From a bacterium (GTDB lineage: Bacteria > Patescibacteriota > Microgenomatia > JAMCZE01), in assembly GCA_021836035.1 (NCBI GenBank), contig JAKBJL010000001.1, positions 223,765 to 287,764 of the forward strand: a stretch of 64,000 nucleotides of DNA. Reading direction: 5' to 3'. The notes beneath the pieces are model-generated. The model did not search any database, was not told where the DNA came from, and was given only the letters and a program-made list of their open reading frames with translations. Of the stretch, positions 18,836 to 27,956 are shown piece by piece. The first letter of the stretch is position 1. The number at the start of each line of letters is the position of its first letter. Position numbers and translations under genes: made by a program.

Positions 18836-19469
18836 TTCTGAAGTTGATCTTATTCAAAAACCAGTTACCCATAAACCAGCTAAATCTTACTACTCCTAAA
18901 CCAATAAAAGCGCCGCCCATAAAGACCGCATTACGAAGTTCGTTAGGAAAGGGTACTATTTTTTGAATCTCCCGCATAACAATATCTATTGGCTCGTTGC
19001 TAGACCAGTTGGGATAATCCTTATAGACCTGAAAGAGCCAAATGCCAATTACTACTAAAACGCCAGACCAAAATAACTCTTGGAAAAACCTCGGCCAGGT
19101 GCGAAACCAACGAGCGACAAAAGAATTGTGAATTACACCAGCAATTTGTTTCTTTTTAATAACGATTTTCGGAGTAGCCCATTTAGCCGTGTCGAAATTT
19201 TTAGCCTCTTTCCAATAGTATCGCGTTCCTCGTCTGAAGCCAAATTGTCTTATTCTAACAGGCCATAATGCCAGCCAAGAAAAACAGAAAGCTAGGAGAA
19301 GACCAAGACCCCAATTTTGAGACAATACAGTAAAGAATAGAAAAATAGCCCCAGTGAAGATTAAGAGCCAGTCCCGTTTCCCGTTTTTTCTTTGGATTAA
19401 ATAGTCAAAACTCCGCAATAACTTCGGAGCATCTCCACTTCCATACCGCCAGTTAGCTTTAATCATCAT
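18813..19469 (-). CDS. polytopic membrane protein, hypothetical
   Basis: Several hydrophobic helices. Confidence 0.4.
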   Translation of the reverse strand: MMIKANWRYGSGDAPKLLRSFDYLIQRKNGKRDWLLIFTGAIFLFFTVLSQNWGLGLLLAFCFSWLALWPVRIRQFGFRRGTRYYWKEAKNFDTAKWATPKIVIKKKQIAGVIHNSFVARWFRTWPRFFQELFWSGVLVVIGIWLFQVYKDYPNWSSNEPIDIVMREIQKIVPFPNELRNAVFMGGAFIGLGVVRFSWFMGNWFLNKINFRIKILVRF

Positions 19470-19532
19470 CTTAAATATACATCTAAAAGTATGGAAATTC
19501 GTATATTTGGCTCATCCTGATAAAATAGCCTT

Positions 19533-20030
19533 ATGAAATTAAGCAGATTGGGGTATTTTTTAGATTTAAACAATGCCAATCAGCAGGGATTTGGACCCGC
19601 TTTTCGTTTAGTGGTAGACGATAAACAAATCGACTACTTTATAATCCCAGCAGCTTTAGAATACAGTCTGAAGAATAACGGAATCCTTCCAATTTTTAAC
19701 TGTAGCTGTGGTGTAGTAGGCTGTGGCGGAGCATATGTAAAGGTTGCCCATAAAAAGGACCGGGTTGTGTGGGAAAAGTTATATTCCGGAACAAGTTGCG
19801 GTGAGGAAATTGACGAGAAGGATGACGAGGTGTCGCACATGAATTTCCGGACTTACGCTTTAGTGGCAGAAGACAAATCCGAACTAAATCTACCCTTGGA
19901 GTTCAGTGCTAAAAATTACAAGGCGGTTATTATGAAGATATTGTCTTCTCCGGAATTTAAGCAGTATGAAGAACAAGGTTATATCCATGATAAGAATAGC
20001 TTTGCTAAAAAAGACTTCTTTATGCCTTAG
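19533..20030 (+). CDS. hypothetical protein
   Basis: 165-aa ORF containing a CSCGVVGCGG stretch. Confidence 0.35.
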   Translation: MKLSRLGYFLDLNNANQQGFGPAFRLVVDDKQIDYFIIPAALEYSLKNNGILPIFNCSCGVVGCGGAYVKVAHKKDRVVWEKLYSGTSCGEEIDEKDDEVSHMNFRTYALVAEDKSELNLPLEFSAKNYKAVIMKILSSPEFKQYEEQGYIHDKNSFAKKDFFMP

Positions 20031-20051
20031 GGCGTTATAATAAAGCAACCG

Positions 20052-20138
20052 TTGCGTTGCTGATTACTGGTTACGGCTGTCGTTGAACCAGTATTGTCGA
20101 AAGACTAGGCAACGCAAAAAATTGTTTGTGACACAAAC
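20052..20138. repeat. nested inverted repeats plus a perfect 15-nt palindrome GTTTGTGACACAAAC (20124-20138)
   Basis: Outer inverted repeat TTGCGTTGC (20052-20060) / GCAACGCAA (20109-20117). Inner inverted repeat TACTGGTT / AACCAGTA. The palindrome lies ~90 nt upstream of the 20227 gene. Confidence 0.5.
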
Positions 20139-20226
20139 TCCGAAAAGGATCGCGATAAGACATGAGGCTATTTATATTTAGTTGTATGATTATAGATAGC
20201 AACGGTAGTCCATAAATTGTTGTTAT

Positions 20227-22002
20227 ATGAAAGCAACCGAAAAAGCTAAGGGCCCCGCAATAACTTGGGCGATTTCACTTTTTATCTTCATAGCAAATAT
20301 TGTTGTTGGGACAGAGTTCTTTAGAACTACAATTGACCGATCTGCCTATGGAAAATCACAACTGGCAATACTAGTCGCCCTAGTGTCTTTTATTGTCGGT
20401 TGTCTATCTTTTGCTTTAGGCTTTATTATTTACGTTGGGTTCAGATTGGAAAGAAAAAAAGGCGCGCATCTACGGACAAGACTTGTTAGACAATTTATAA
20501 AGTTAATTCTTGTATCTTTGTTTCTCCCCATAGATGTCATTGTTCAAGCTGTCAGATATAAACCTGCAAAATCACTCAGTCCGGGTACGAAATATCGAGT
20601 TAGAGGGCTACTAATTAAGCTACTTCCTGTTCTCTTCTCTCTGGTTTTATTGTTTCCAATTTGGTTATCAGCTTACTTAGCTACCGGCATAATAGGAGTG
20701 ACAATAACTGAAGAAAAACTGGGCTACAAAAGTTCTGATTACCCTATCGTAGGAACTGGCTCTATGTACCCCACTTTTCCCAAAAGCGATAAAAAGAGCC
20801 CAATCGAGCAATACAAAGATATTGTCGGCTCCTATGCGGCGCTTCCATATCCTAATGGAGTAGTTCTTTTCGGAAAGCGATATCTTGGTCATGAAATTCA
20901 GCGAGGCGACATTGTGACTTTTCGTAACGAAGCGACACTGGAACTAACTAAAAAGCTGTATGGTGAACCTGGTGGATTTTTGAAAAGAGTGATTGCGCTG
21001 CCAGGGGATACAATAGAAATTAAAGGTGGCGTTGTGATTTTAAATGGCCAACCATTAAAAGAACCGTACACATTCAAACCCCAATCTACCTTCGAAGAAA
21101 GTTTTCTGAAGGAGTGCAAACAAATTACCGTTCCGCCAGGAAAGTTTTTTGCTATGGGCGACAACAGAAAAGGTAGTGGTGACTCAAGAGAAATTGGTTT
21201 TGTCGATCTGAAAGATATTGACCATATGATTCCTATGGATAGTCAGAAAGGAATATTAGACAAGAGCTGGCGGGATACTTCCAAAGACTTAAATGAGGAA
21301 TCAAAAATCAAGTTAGATAAAACCCGCTATTTAGACTTACTTAATGAAAAACGGAAGGAAGCAAATCTTAGGCCTCTTAAGTACCAGCAGTTGCTAGAGC
21401 AATCCGCGACTAAGAGGGGAGAAATAATGCTGAAATATAATGATTTTTCCTGGGAAGCTACCCAAAGTGGAAAAACCATGCTATGGGCGATGAATAGTGT
21501 TAGATATTCAAATATTGTTTATGGCGAAGCCCCTGTCCTTGGCTACTACGAAGCCGATGAGCTTATTGAAAATCAATTCCAATTTCCAAAAAGCAAGGAA
21601 TTTCTCTTGAATAAAGATTACCAGGAAGTCGGAATATCTGAAGTTGCTGGAGAAATCAATGGTTGTCCAACTCAAGTTATCGTCGAACACTTTGCTGGTT
21701 ACGTACCCCCCAATTATAAACAGTCGGACATTGACAGTTGGAAAAAGGCTCAAAGTAATTTGCGCGACATTCAACCAAACTGGGAAAGATTAAAAACATA
21801 CGAATCTTTTTACAAAGACAATAAAGATGACGTTGATAGAATAACCTCATTAATCGGACAAAGACTTAATAATATAACGGTAATTATTTCTCGAATGGAA
21901 GCAAATCAATGGTTAACTGCTCAAGAAAGAGGATTGATTGATGCAGACAAGGCACTGTCAGACGAAATTAATCAACTAGCTGACAAACTGAATAAAAAAT
22001 AA
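20227..22002 (+). CDS. fusion protein: N-terminal polytopic membrane domain + signal peptidase I (S26) + C-terminal CAP/SCP-like domain
   Basis: SPase boxes GTGSMYPTF (B), GDIVTF (C), RVIALPGDTIEI (D), FAMGDNRKGSGDSRE (E). The C-terminal region (LRPLKY...YSNIVYGEAP...CPTQVIVEHFAGY) resembles the CAP/YkwD family. Confidence 0.6.
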   Translation: MKATEKAKGPAITWAISLFIFIANIVVGTEFFRTTIDRSAYGKSQLAILVALVSFIVGCLSFALGFIIYVGFRLERKKGAHLRTRLVRQFIKLILVSLFLPIDVIVQAVRYKPAKSLSPGTKYRVRGLLIKLLPVLFSLVLLFPIWLSAYLATGIIGVTITEEKLGYKSSDYPIVGTGSMYPTFPKSDKKSPIEQYKDIVGSYAALPYPNGVVLFGKRYLGHEIQRGDIVTFRNEATLELTKKLYGEPGGFLKRVIALPGDTIEIKGGVVILNGQPLKEPYTFKPQSTFEESFLKECKQITVPPGKFFAMGDNRKGSGDSREIGFVDLKDIDHMIPMDSQKGILDKSWRDTSKDLNEESKIKLDKTRYLDLLNEKRKEANLRPLKYQQLLEQSATKRGEIMLKYNDFSWEATQSGKTMLWAMNSVRYSNIVYGEAPVLGYYEADELIENQFQFPKSKEFLLNKDYQEVGISEVAGEINGCPTQVIVEHFAGYVPPNYKQSDIDSWKKAQSNLRDIQPNWERLKTYESFYKDNKDDVDRITSLIGQRLNNITVIISRMEANQWLTAQERGLIDADKALSDEINQLADKLNKK

Positions 22003-22009
22003 GTTAATT

Positions 22010-22840
22010 ATGAAAATATATTTTGACGAGTCCGAGGATCAAGCAAAAACTCTATTCTTAGTTGGTGCTATTTTTATTTATGGTGAGGAAAATATTAACT
22101 TACTTCGTGAAGCTATTAACAAACTTAAAAATGAAAATTCATTTACCGATGGGAAAGGACAACCGCGCGAAATAAAGTACAACAAAATACTCACGGATAA
22201 AGACATTTTAGTTGCGAAAAAAGCAATCGATTTATTTTTTGCGAACAAAAATACATACTTTCGTTGCTGTGTTGTACCGTGGCGGGAGCAAGATTTGTTC
22301 AAGTTTGGTAGGAAATATCAACCTCTCAAATTAAAGAAGGCAATTTTGTATACAAATACGACAAAAAAACTTATAAAGTTAGGTATAGATGGTTTCGTTA
22401 ATGCGGTACTTATTTACGATGATCTTGTCCGATGTAAGGGAGATAAATTTGAGGAAATAATTGAAACCAGCTTCGGTCGGACAGCCCTTTCCTCTGATGG
22501 AAACCGGTCACCGATAATCAAGAACATTGCCTCAGCAAAGTCTAATTTAGATATAAACAACAGTGTTCAGCTTACAGACCTAATACTGGGCTGTGTTTTA
22601 AATCAAAATCGACCTGCGAGTAAGCAAAAAAATAAGGTGCGTGACTATCTTATTAAAAAGCTCGGGGTTAATGATTTATCAAGATCAACGTGGATTAATA
22701 AATCTTGTCCTGCAGACGAAAGAGGAATCGGTCCAAAGTTTTACATCCACTATCTAAACATTGATGAGCTAACCGTAAATAAAAAATCTAGAAAAAAGAT
22801 AAGGATGAAGAGGAAAAACAATTTGAACCGCAGTCGGTAA
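22010..22840 (+). CDS. hypothetical protein, possibly DUF3800-like
   Basis: An N-terminal MKIYFDESED pattern is typical of DUF3800. Basic C-terminus. Confidence 0.3.
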   Translation: MKIYFDESEDQAKTLFLVGAIFIYGEENINLLREAINKLKNENSFTDGKGQPREIKYNKILTDKDILVAKKAIDLFFANKNTYFRCCVVPWREQDLFKFGRKYQPLKLKKAILYTNTTKKLIKLGIDGFVNAVLIYDDLVRCKGDKFEEIIETSFGRTALSSDGNRSPIIKNIASAKSNLDINNSVQLTDLILGCVLNQNRPASKQKNKVRDYLIKKLGVNDLSRSTWINKSCPADERGIGPKFYIHYLNIDELTVNKKSRKKIRMKRKNNLNRSR

Positions 22841-23068
22841 CTCTATTAGCGATAGCTGACCAAGTCAACATCATCGAGCTACTACTTACGGTTCTATGCT
22901 TTTATTATAGCATTTGAAATTATAAAGAGATAGAAATTCGGTAAATAATGAGAAAGAAGAACCTCAGCTGGGTTAGAACCATCTAAATTTGAGCGTAAAA
23001 GTTCCGAATCGAGTCTACCGCTCGGAGCCAGTTGGCACTTAATATACCCAAACTAAGTGTAAATAAAT

Positions 23069-23671
23069 ATGTCTATATTTAAGAAAAAAATTGATTTTGG
23101 TCAGTTTGTAGCGAATTTAATATCTTTTCAGTTGGATTTCATAGAAAATAATTTCGACAAGATGGCTGTTTTGGCAGATGAGTTTAAGGTACTGACAGAA
23201 AGTGACAAAAAAGATTTATATGAAAAACTACATACGCTTTCCGTTGCAGACATTTTGCTTGAATGTCACATAAACCTTAGTAATAAGGTATCACCGCAGG
23301 AGATAAATAACTTTATTGCCGTGATGTATAGGAGATGTCTTGTTGAATATAAACACATGCAAGAAAAGGAGGCCATTGATAAGGCAAAAAGAGTTCTTGA
23401 TTTAATAGACTGTATGGAAGAAGCGAGAAAAGATCCGGATCAGACAAGGGAAAGAGCGAGTAAAAAAGGTTACGAAATAAATGGAGTAAGTGAGCATGAC
23501 GAACAAAAATACTTACTTTGTAATGGTTTCAGTGACTATTTTGCGGGTAAAGATATAAAGTCTGAAAATTGGGAAGGTAAGCATTTTGCAGCCTTCAAAA
23601 TGGCTAAAGCATTAGTAAAAGCAGACATCGTCAGAAATATGCTTAAGGAAACCACCGTTGTTTGGAGTTAG
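23069..23671 (+). CDS. hypothetical protein
   Basis: 200-aa intact AT-rich ORF. Confidence 0.35.
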   Translation: MSIFKKKIDFGQFVANLISFQLDFIENNFDKMAVLADEFKVLTESDKKDLYEKLHTLSVADILLECHINLSNKVSPQEINNFIAVMYRRCLVEYKHMQEKEAIDKAKRVLDLIDCMEEARKDPDQTRERASKKGYEINGVSEHDEQKYLLCNGFSDYFAGKDIKSENWEGKHFAAFKMAKALVKADIVRNMLKETTVVWS

Positions 23672-23680
23672 AAAAGAAGT

Positions 23681-24178
23681 ATGTCTATTCACCCGAATTT
23701 GGAGTCGATGCTTCAAGAATCACTACCCGAAATGCTTTTAGTTGCAAAATATTGCATTGAGTTTAATAAAGATACAAAGATATGGCCTGCCCCAGGTTGT
23801 TATGGTTATCCCGCAGCGGTTCTATTGCTATCTATTGCTGATAGTATCGGTTCGTATGTTGAGAAAGGTAAAGTAGAGAATCATTTTAAAGTATTTAATA
23901 ATGCTGATTATTATGGCTTGTATCTATCAGATGAAGAGCTTAGGGTATTAATTGATAATTATCGAAATTTATTATCACATAATACTGTCATGGCAACTAA
24001 TGCGGGTCTAAATATTGGATTGCCTTCAGATAATGTTTTAGAAAAGAAAGATGATAAGTATTGGTTAAACTTAGTCGCTCTTTATAATATTAGCGTTAAG
24101 GCTGTGAATTCGTTTCTTGATAATCCCAGTGTATTAAGCATCAATCTGACAATATTAAATATTTACAAGAAGCATTAA
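23681..24178 (+). CDS. hypothetical protein
   Basis: 165-aa intact AT-rich ORF. Confidence 0.35.
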   Translation: MSIHPNLESMLQESLPEMLLVAKYCIEFNKDTKIWPAPGCYGYPAAVLLLSIADSIGSYVEKGKVENHFKVFNNADYYGLYLSDEELRVLIDNYRNLLSHNTVMATNAGLNIGLPSDNVLEKKDDKYWLNLVALYNISVKAVNSFLDNPSVLSINLTILNIYKKH

Positions 24179-24529
24179 ACAAACTCCTTTATTGTTATAT
24201 TGATTTGTTTCACTTTCTCTATTTCCTCTCTGATTTGAGCAACTAGCCTAAAGTCAGAGAAAGCCTTTATACTACAAGCTAATTGCGTAGCTGTATTAGA
24301 GTTACGATTCTCGAGCCGAATATTTTGAAGCTAATTTTCATTCTCCAGGCTTATATCCCTCACCCGGACGGCTATTTAATTTCATTCTACACACCGACCA
24401 AGTAAAAAGTTCTAAAATCATCCCAATAAGCGAGCAAAAAGTTTTTTATTATTACCCCATGTCTCTTCCTTTACTATAACAATAAGACTTCTCTCTTGTT
24501 ATGCTAAACTGATTTAAGGCAAGGAGTCT

Positions 24530-25441
24530 ATGGAAGAGGAAACCGGAACATCTGCTGATAAAGCAGCGGATGTTAAAAGTGGGGCAAAACAGGTAAGGAC
24601 GCCTTTTCTTAAGCGGCTTTGGTGGATTTTCCCAATAATATTTATGATTTTTAGCGGCGTTGGGATAGCCGCTTTTCTTGGGGCCCAACACGATAGTGGA
24701 AGAGACATAAAGACGTTTAGCAAAAAGGTTGGGGAATTTGGCTGGCCCGACCCAACGGCAAAATATATTACCGCTGTCCCTGTTGATCTTAGTCAAATCC
24801 AAAGTATTTCGAAATACCGTAGCTGTGCGGGCCATAACAGGGACGGCTATAATTTTGACCGTGTTCTGGAACTCGACCGCTCCATGAAGCATTATTTTTA
24901 TCCCATTCCCCGGTTTCAGGGAACTATGGATAAAGTTAAAATGTTCGCGCCCTTTGACGGCACAATAGTCCAAATCAGCTGGGAAAAGGACAAGGATATT
25001 CCGCAGAGACCGCACCACGGAAACGGTATTGATTTTGGAACGGATAAGGATCCCAATGTCAAATTCAATTTCGGACATTTATATTTCGCCAGGGATTTTA
25101 AAGTCGGTGACAAGGTTAAATCCGGCGAACTTATCGGTTATGCGGCCCTGGAAAGCAAAATAAACGATTTTGATATTGATCTGGGAGCCAGACAATATTA
25201 CGGCAGGGATAAAGACGTGAAGGAGGTTTTAGGAAGCGCTTTTGACCATATGACGGATAATGTTCTGGCTGAATTTGCAAAATACGGGATCACTCCCGAT
25301 AATACCAAGTTCACCAAAGAATACCGCGACGCCAATCCGTGCCATTTTGATGATCCTGATTTATATATAGACGCTAAATATAAAACAGAAAACGATCCGA
25401 CCGGACGGCTAGGACCGGATTGGGTTCAGCTGAAGCATTAA
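24530..25441 (+). CDS. membrane-anchored protein with degenerate M23/LytM-like peptidase fold
   Basis: Good RBS AAGGAG. TM FLKRLWWIFPIIFMIFSGVGIAAFL. Motifs AGHNRDG (HxxxD-like) and GELIGYAA. Confidence 0.45.
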   Translation: MEEETGTSADKAADVKSGAKQVRTPFLKRLWWIFPIIFMIFSGVGIAAFLGAQHDSGRDIKTFSKKVGEFGWPDPTAKYITAVPVDLSQIQSISKYRSCAGHNRDGYNFDRVLELDRSMKHYFYPIPRFQGTMDKVKMFAPFDGTIVQISWEKDKDIPQRPHHGNGIDFGTDKDPNVKFNFGHLYFARDFKVGDKVKSGELIGYAALESKINDFDIDLGARQYYGRDKDVKEVLGSAFDHMTDNVLAEFAKYGITPDNTKFTKEYRDANPCHFDDPDLYIDAKYKTENDPTGRLGPDWVQLKH

Positions 25442-26188
25442 ATGGACGTAAACCTTCAGACTTCTCCAATAAATAAATCGAAAAAAACATTTATTAAACG
25501 CTTTTGGTGGCCAATTTTAATAACAGTCATCCTGCTGGCGGGGGTGGTTGGCGTCTTGAGTATGGTCGAGCGGAGGAAAAGTCAAGAAAATGAATTTCCC
25601 GGTTTGGAAAATGAACGGCGGATAACCCTGTCGTTACCTTTTTCCCGAGACAACGAGCCCTTTTCCATAATGCCTTACGGGGAAACAATAAACCACCCGG
25701 GCAAGATTGGCCATCCGGGGTTGGATTTTTTCTGGGAAAAGCGTGTTCCCCTATTGTCTAGCGCGGACGGTAGGGTGCAGGATATAACAACCGATAACAA
25801 ATTAGGGATTGGCACCTGGACAGTGGTCGTAGTTAATGATTATTACCAAATGGTCTACGGGAATATGGGAGATTATAACCGAAATCTTAAGATGGGCAAT
25901 GTTATAAAAAGGGGAGATTTAATCGGTTATCCGATGAATAAAGCCGACATTGGCTTGGGTAAAGATTTTGCGTTTCACTGGGGTTTCGGATATACCCACG
26001 ATAACGAATTGATGCTGTGCCCCTACACATATTTCGATAGTGATGCAAGAGTAGGGTTGGATAAAATCTGGGCCAATTCGACCGGTTACCAGGATAAAGC
26101 TAAGTTTCCTAAAATCTGCAATGGGGTTTTCGACGGTTTGGATTCAATAAAAGATTATTATCAAGTCCGGGCGCAAGTAGAAAAATAA
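25442..26188 (+). CDS. paralog of the preceding membrane-anchored M23-like protein
   Basis: Same architecture: FIKRFWWPILITVILLAGVVG TM, HPGLDFFWEK, GDLIGY. The start overlaps the upstream stop (TAAATG). Confidence 0.45.
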   Translation: MDVNLQTSPINKSKKTFIKRFWWPILITVILLAGVVGVLSMVERRKSQENEFPGLENERRITLSLPFSRDNEPFSIMPYGETINHPGKIGHPGLDFFWEKRVPLLSSADGRVQDITTDNKLGIGTWTVVVVNDYYQMVYGNMGDYNRNLKMGNVIKRGDLIGYPMNKADIGLGKDFAFHWGFGYTHDNELMLCPYTYFDSDARVGLDKIWANSTGYQDKAKFPKICNGVFDGLDSIKDYYQVRAQVEK

Positions 26189-26211
26189 GGTTTGCCTCTC
26201 CGAATATGGGA

Positions 26212-27000
26212 CTAGTCAACTCCTTTTATATCGATCTTTGTCAGGGCTAAATATCCTACTAAAACGATAATCATAGCGGTTAGAACTAAACTTGTTAGCC
26301 CGGTGCCATAACCCAATCCTCCTAAATCGGGAGTCCGGCCAAACCAATCGGCGAAAGAAGCCCCCAGGGGTCGGGTGACAATGTAGGCTAACCAAAAGGT
26401 TAAAGTTTCATTAGCACGCAAAATTTTTCTAGCTAAAAGCGGTGACAAGAAAAGAATAATAAATAACACCCCCGAAGATAAATAACCCCAACCCAAGGTA
26501 ATCGCGGTCATGTCTCCCAGGGCTGTTCCTAAGGCGAAGGTCGTCATCACGGTGGCCCAATAAAATAGTTCCCGTCCGGGGTTATTAATGGTATGAATGG
26601 ACAGACTATGTTCCACCCGATACCAAATATTAAAAATAATTCCTAGGCAGACGGCAAAAAATATTGTTGAGATTAAGTAAGGTACACCCAGGACGATATG
26701 GACGACATCAGCGGCCATAGTGCCGAATATGGCTACCATCACTACTGTCAGCCAGTAAACCCAAGCAATGTATTTTCTAACCCGGAACTCCAATAGGAGG
26801 GAAATTCCTAACCCCGCCGCCCCCAACAAAACAGCCACCACGGGATTAATGGTGTGTACTAAATAATCAGAGACCGACTCTCCTAAAGCCGTGGTCAAAA
26901 GTTTAATAATCCAAAAAAGGGCAATAATCTCCGGGACCTTCCGGGCCAGTTTCAAAGAAAGGATTTTTCCCAAATAGGTTTTTAATTTTGCCAAATCCAT
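26212..27000 (-). CDS. polytopic membrane protein, hypothetical
   Basis: About 8 predicted TM helices. Confidence 0.5.
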   Translation of the reverse strand: MDLAKLKTYLGKILSLKLARKVPEIIALFWIIKLLTTALGESVSDYLVHTINPVVAVLLGAAGLGISLLLEFRVRKYIAWVYWLTVVMVAIFGTMAADVVHIVLGVPYLISTIFFAVCLGIIFNIWYRVEHSLSIHTINNPGRELFYWATVMTTFALGTALGDMTAITLGWGYLSSGVLFIILFLSPLLARKILRANETLTFWLAYIVTRPLGASFADWFGRTPDLGGLGYGTGLTSLVLTAMIIVLVGYLALTKIDIKGVD

Positions 27001-27449
27001 AGTCGTTTACTTAAGCCAAAGGCTACCCAGGTCATACTGACGGCAATAAGAACTGAGCCAACGATATCCAATGGTTGGTGGACGTACGCCAAGACCCGGG
27101 CAAGGCCAATTAGCAAAGACAGGATAAAAAGCAAGACTCCCCACCTCCGGTTAAAAACAAAAATAACCGAAGCAATAGTTGCGGTTAAAAGAGTGTGGTC
27201 AGAAGGGAAGCCGTTATCGGCCGCATGAGCGAATAGGGGTTGAATGTGCTCCGTAACGAAAGGCCTGGGGTTATAGACCAAAATAGCTGCTATTTTAGCC
27301 AGAAGGAAAGACAGAATGAAAGCAACCAAAGTTAGAACCATTAACCTTTTCCTCGTTTGCCCACCGGCTTTTACCAGGAAAACTACCAAAGTTAGAACGC
27401 TAATCAGAAAAAAATACTTAGAGGTAATAATTATCAGAAAATTAGCCAT
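26982..27449 (-). CDS. PAP2-family membrane phosphatase (undecaprenyl-diphosphatase/PgpB-like)
   Basis: FPSDHT (PSGH-like) and YVHQPLD (HxxxD) motifs. Multi-TM. Confidence 0.5.
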   Translation of the reverse strand: MANFLIIITSKYFFLISVLTLVVFLVKAGGQTRKRLMVLTLVAFILSFLLAKIAAILVYNPRPFVTEHIQPLFAHAADNGFPSDHTLLTATIASVIFVFNRRWGVLLFILSLLIGLARVLAYVHQPLDIVGSVLIAVSMTWVAFGLSKRLWIWQN

Positions 27450-27956
27450 CTGCTAAATATAGCACACAGTTTAGTCAACCGTTCATAGCCTTGGGGTTTG
27501 GATCTCCACGCGACTCCTTTTGTTGTAATACAATAAAGTTGTGACGTTAAAAGAGGTGCACCGAATGTTTCCCGTTTCCCCAAAACATCAAGCGTATAGG
27601 TTTCTAGCAGTTGGACCCGGAGCTTCGTAATCTAGACCGTCTGGGCTCCGGGCTTATTGACCGCCACAGAATTCGGACTTTCAATTTGTGCTGTGCTTTC
27701 CTGTATGCAAGGATTCGAGGATCTCGACTGAAAGGCCTGAGGCTATCGAAGACAAAATGGGCTTTTTAGTCAAAGTGATCACCCGCCCGAGCGTCGAGGG
27801 GGGTGAGGGGATTATCTTTTGTTGGGCGGTTAACGGGGAAGTTATTGTGGAAATTGGCGAATTATCATACATTTGAAATTTCCAGTAGTATAAACCTGCT
27901 ATTTTATTTTTGGAATAGAACTTGATAACGTTATGACGCAATGAGATACTAAGTTA

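Noticed and set aside
22960-23030. Possible second tRNA gene in the 22.85-23.07 kb gap ending in …GGAGCCA
   Set aside because: A T-loop-like ATCGAGT is present, but no T-stem partner or acceptor pairing exists. It is interpreted instead as a relic of the tRNA-Asn 3' end (see findings).
24452-25078. 208-aa ORF on the minus strand
   Set aside because: It lies entirely antisense to the 24530..25441 gene. That gene has a strong RBS, a TM segment and a paralog next door, so the antisense ORF is judged spurious.
27600-27700. Minus-strand GAAAGUCCG…AAGCCCGGAGCC segments reminiscent of RNase P RNA CR-I and 3' regions, within a ~500-nt ORF-poor gap
   Set aside because: The other universally conserved RNase P blocks (for example AGGGUGAAA…GGUAAGAGCGCACC) are absent. 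The matches are short and in an inconsistent arrangement. The region is more simply a structured 5' leader of the PAP2 gene, with a CCCGGAGC/GCUCCGGG hairpin, plus a small ORF.
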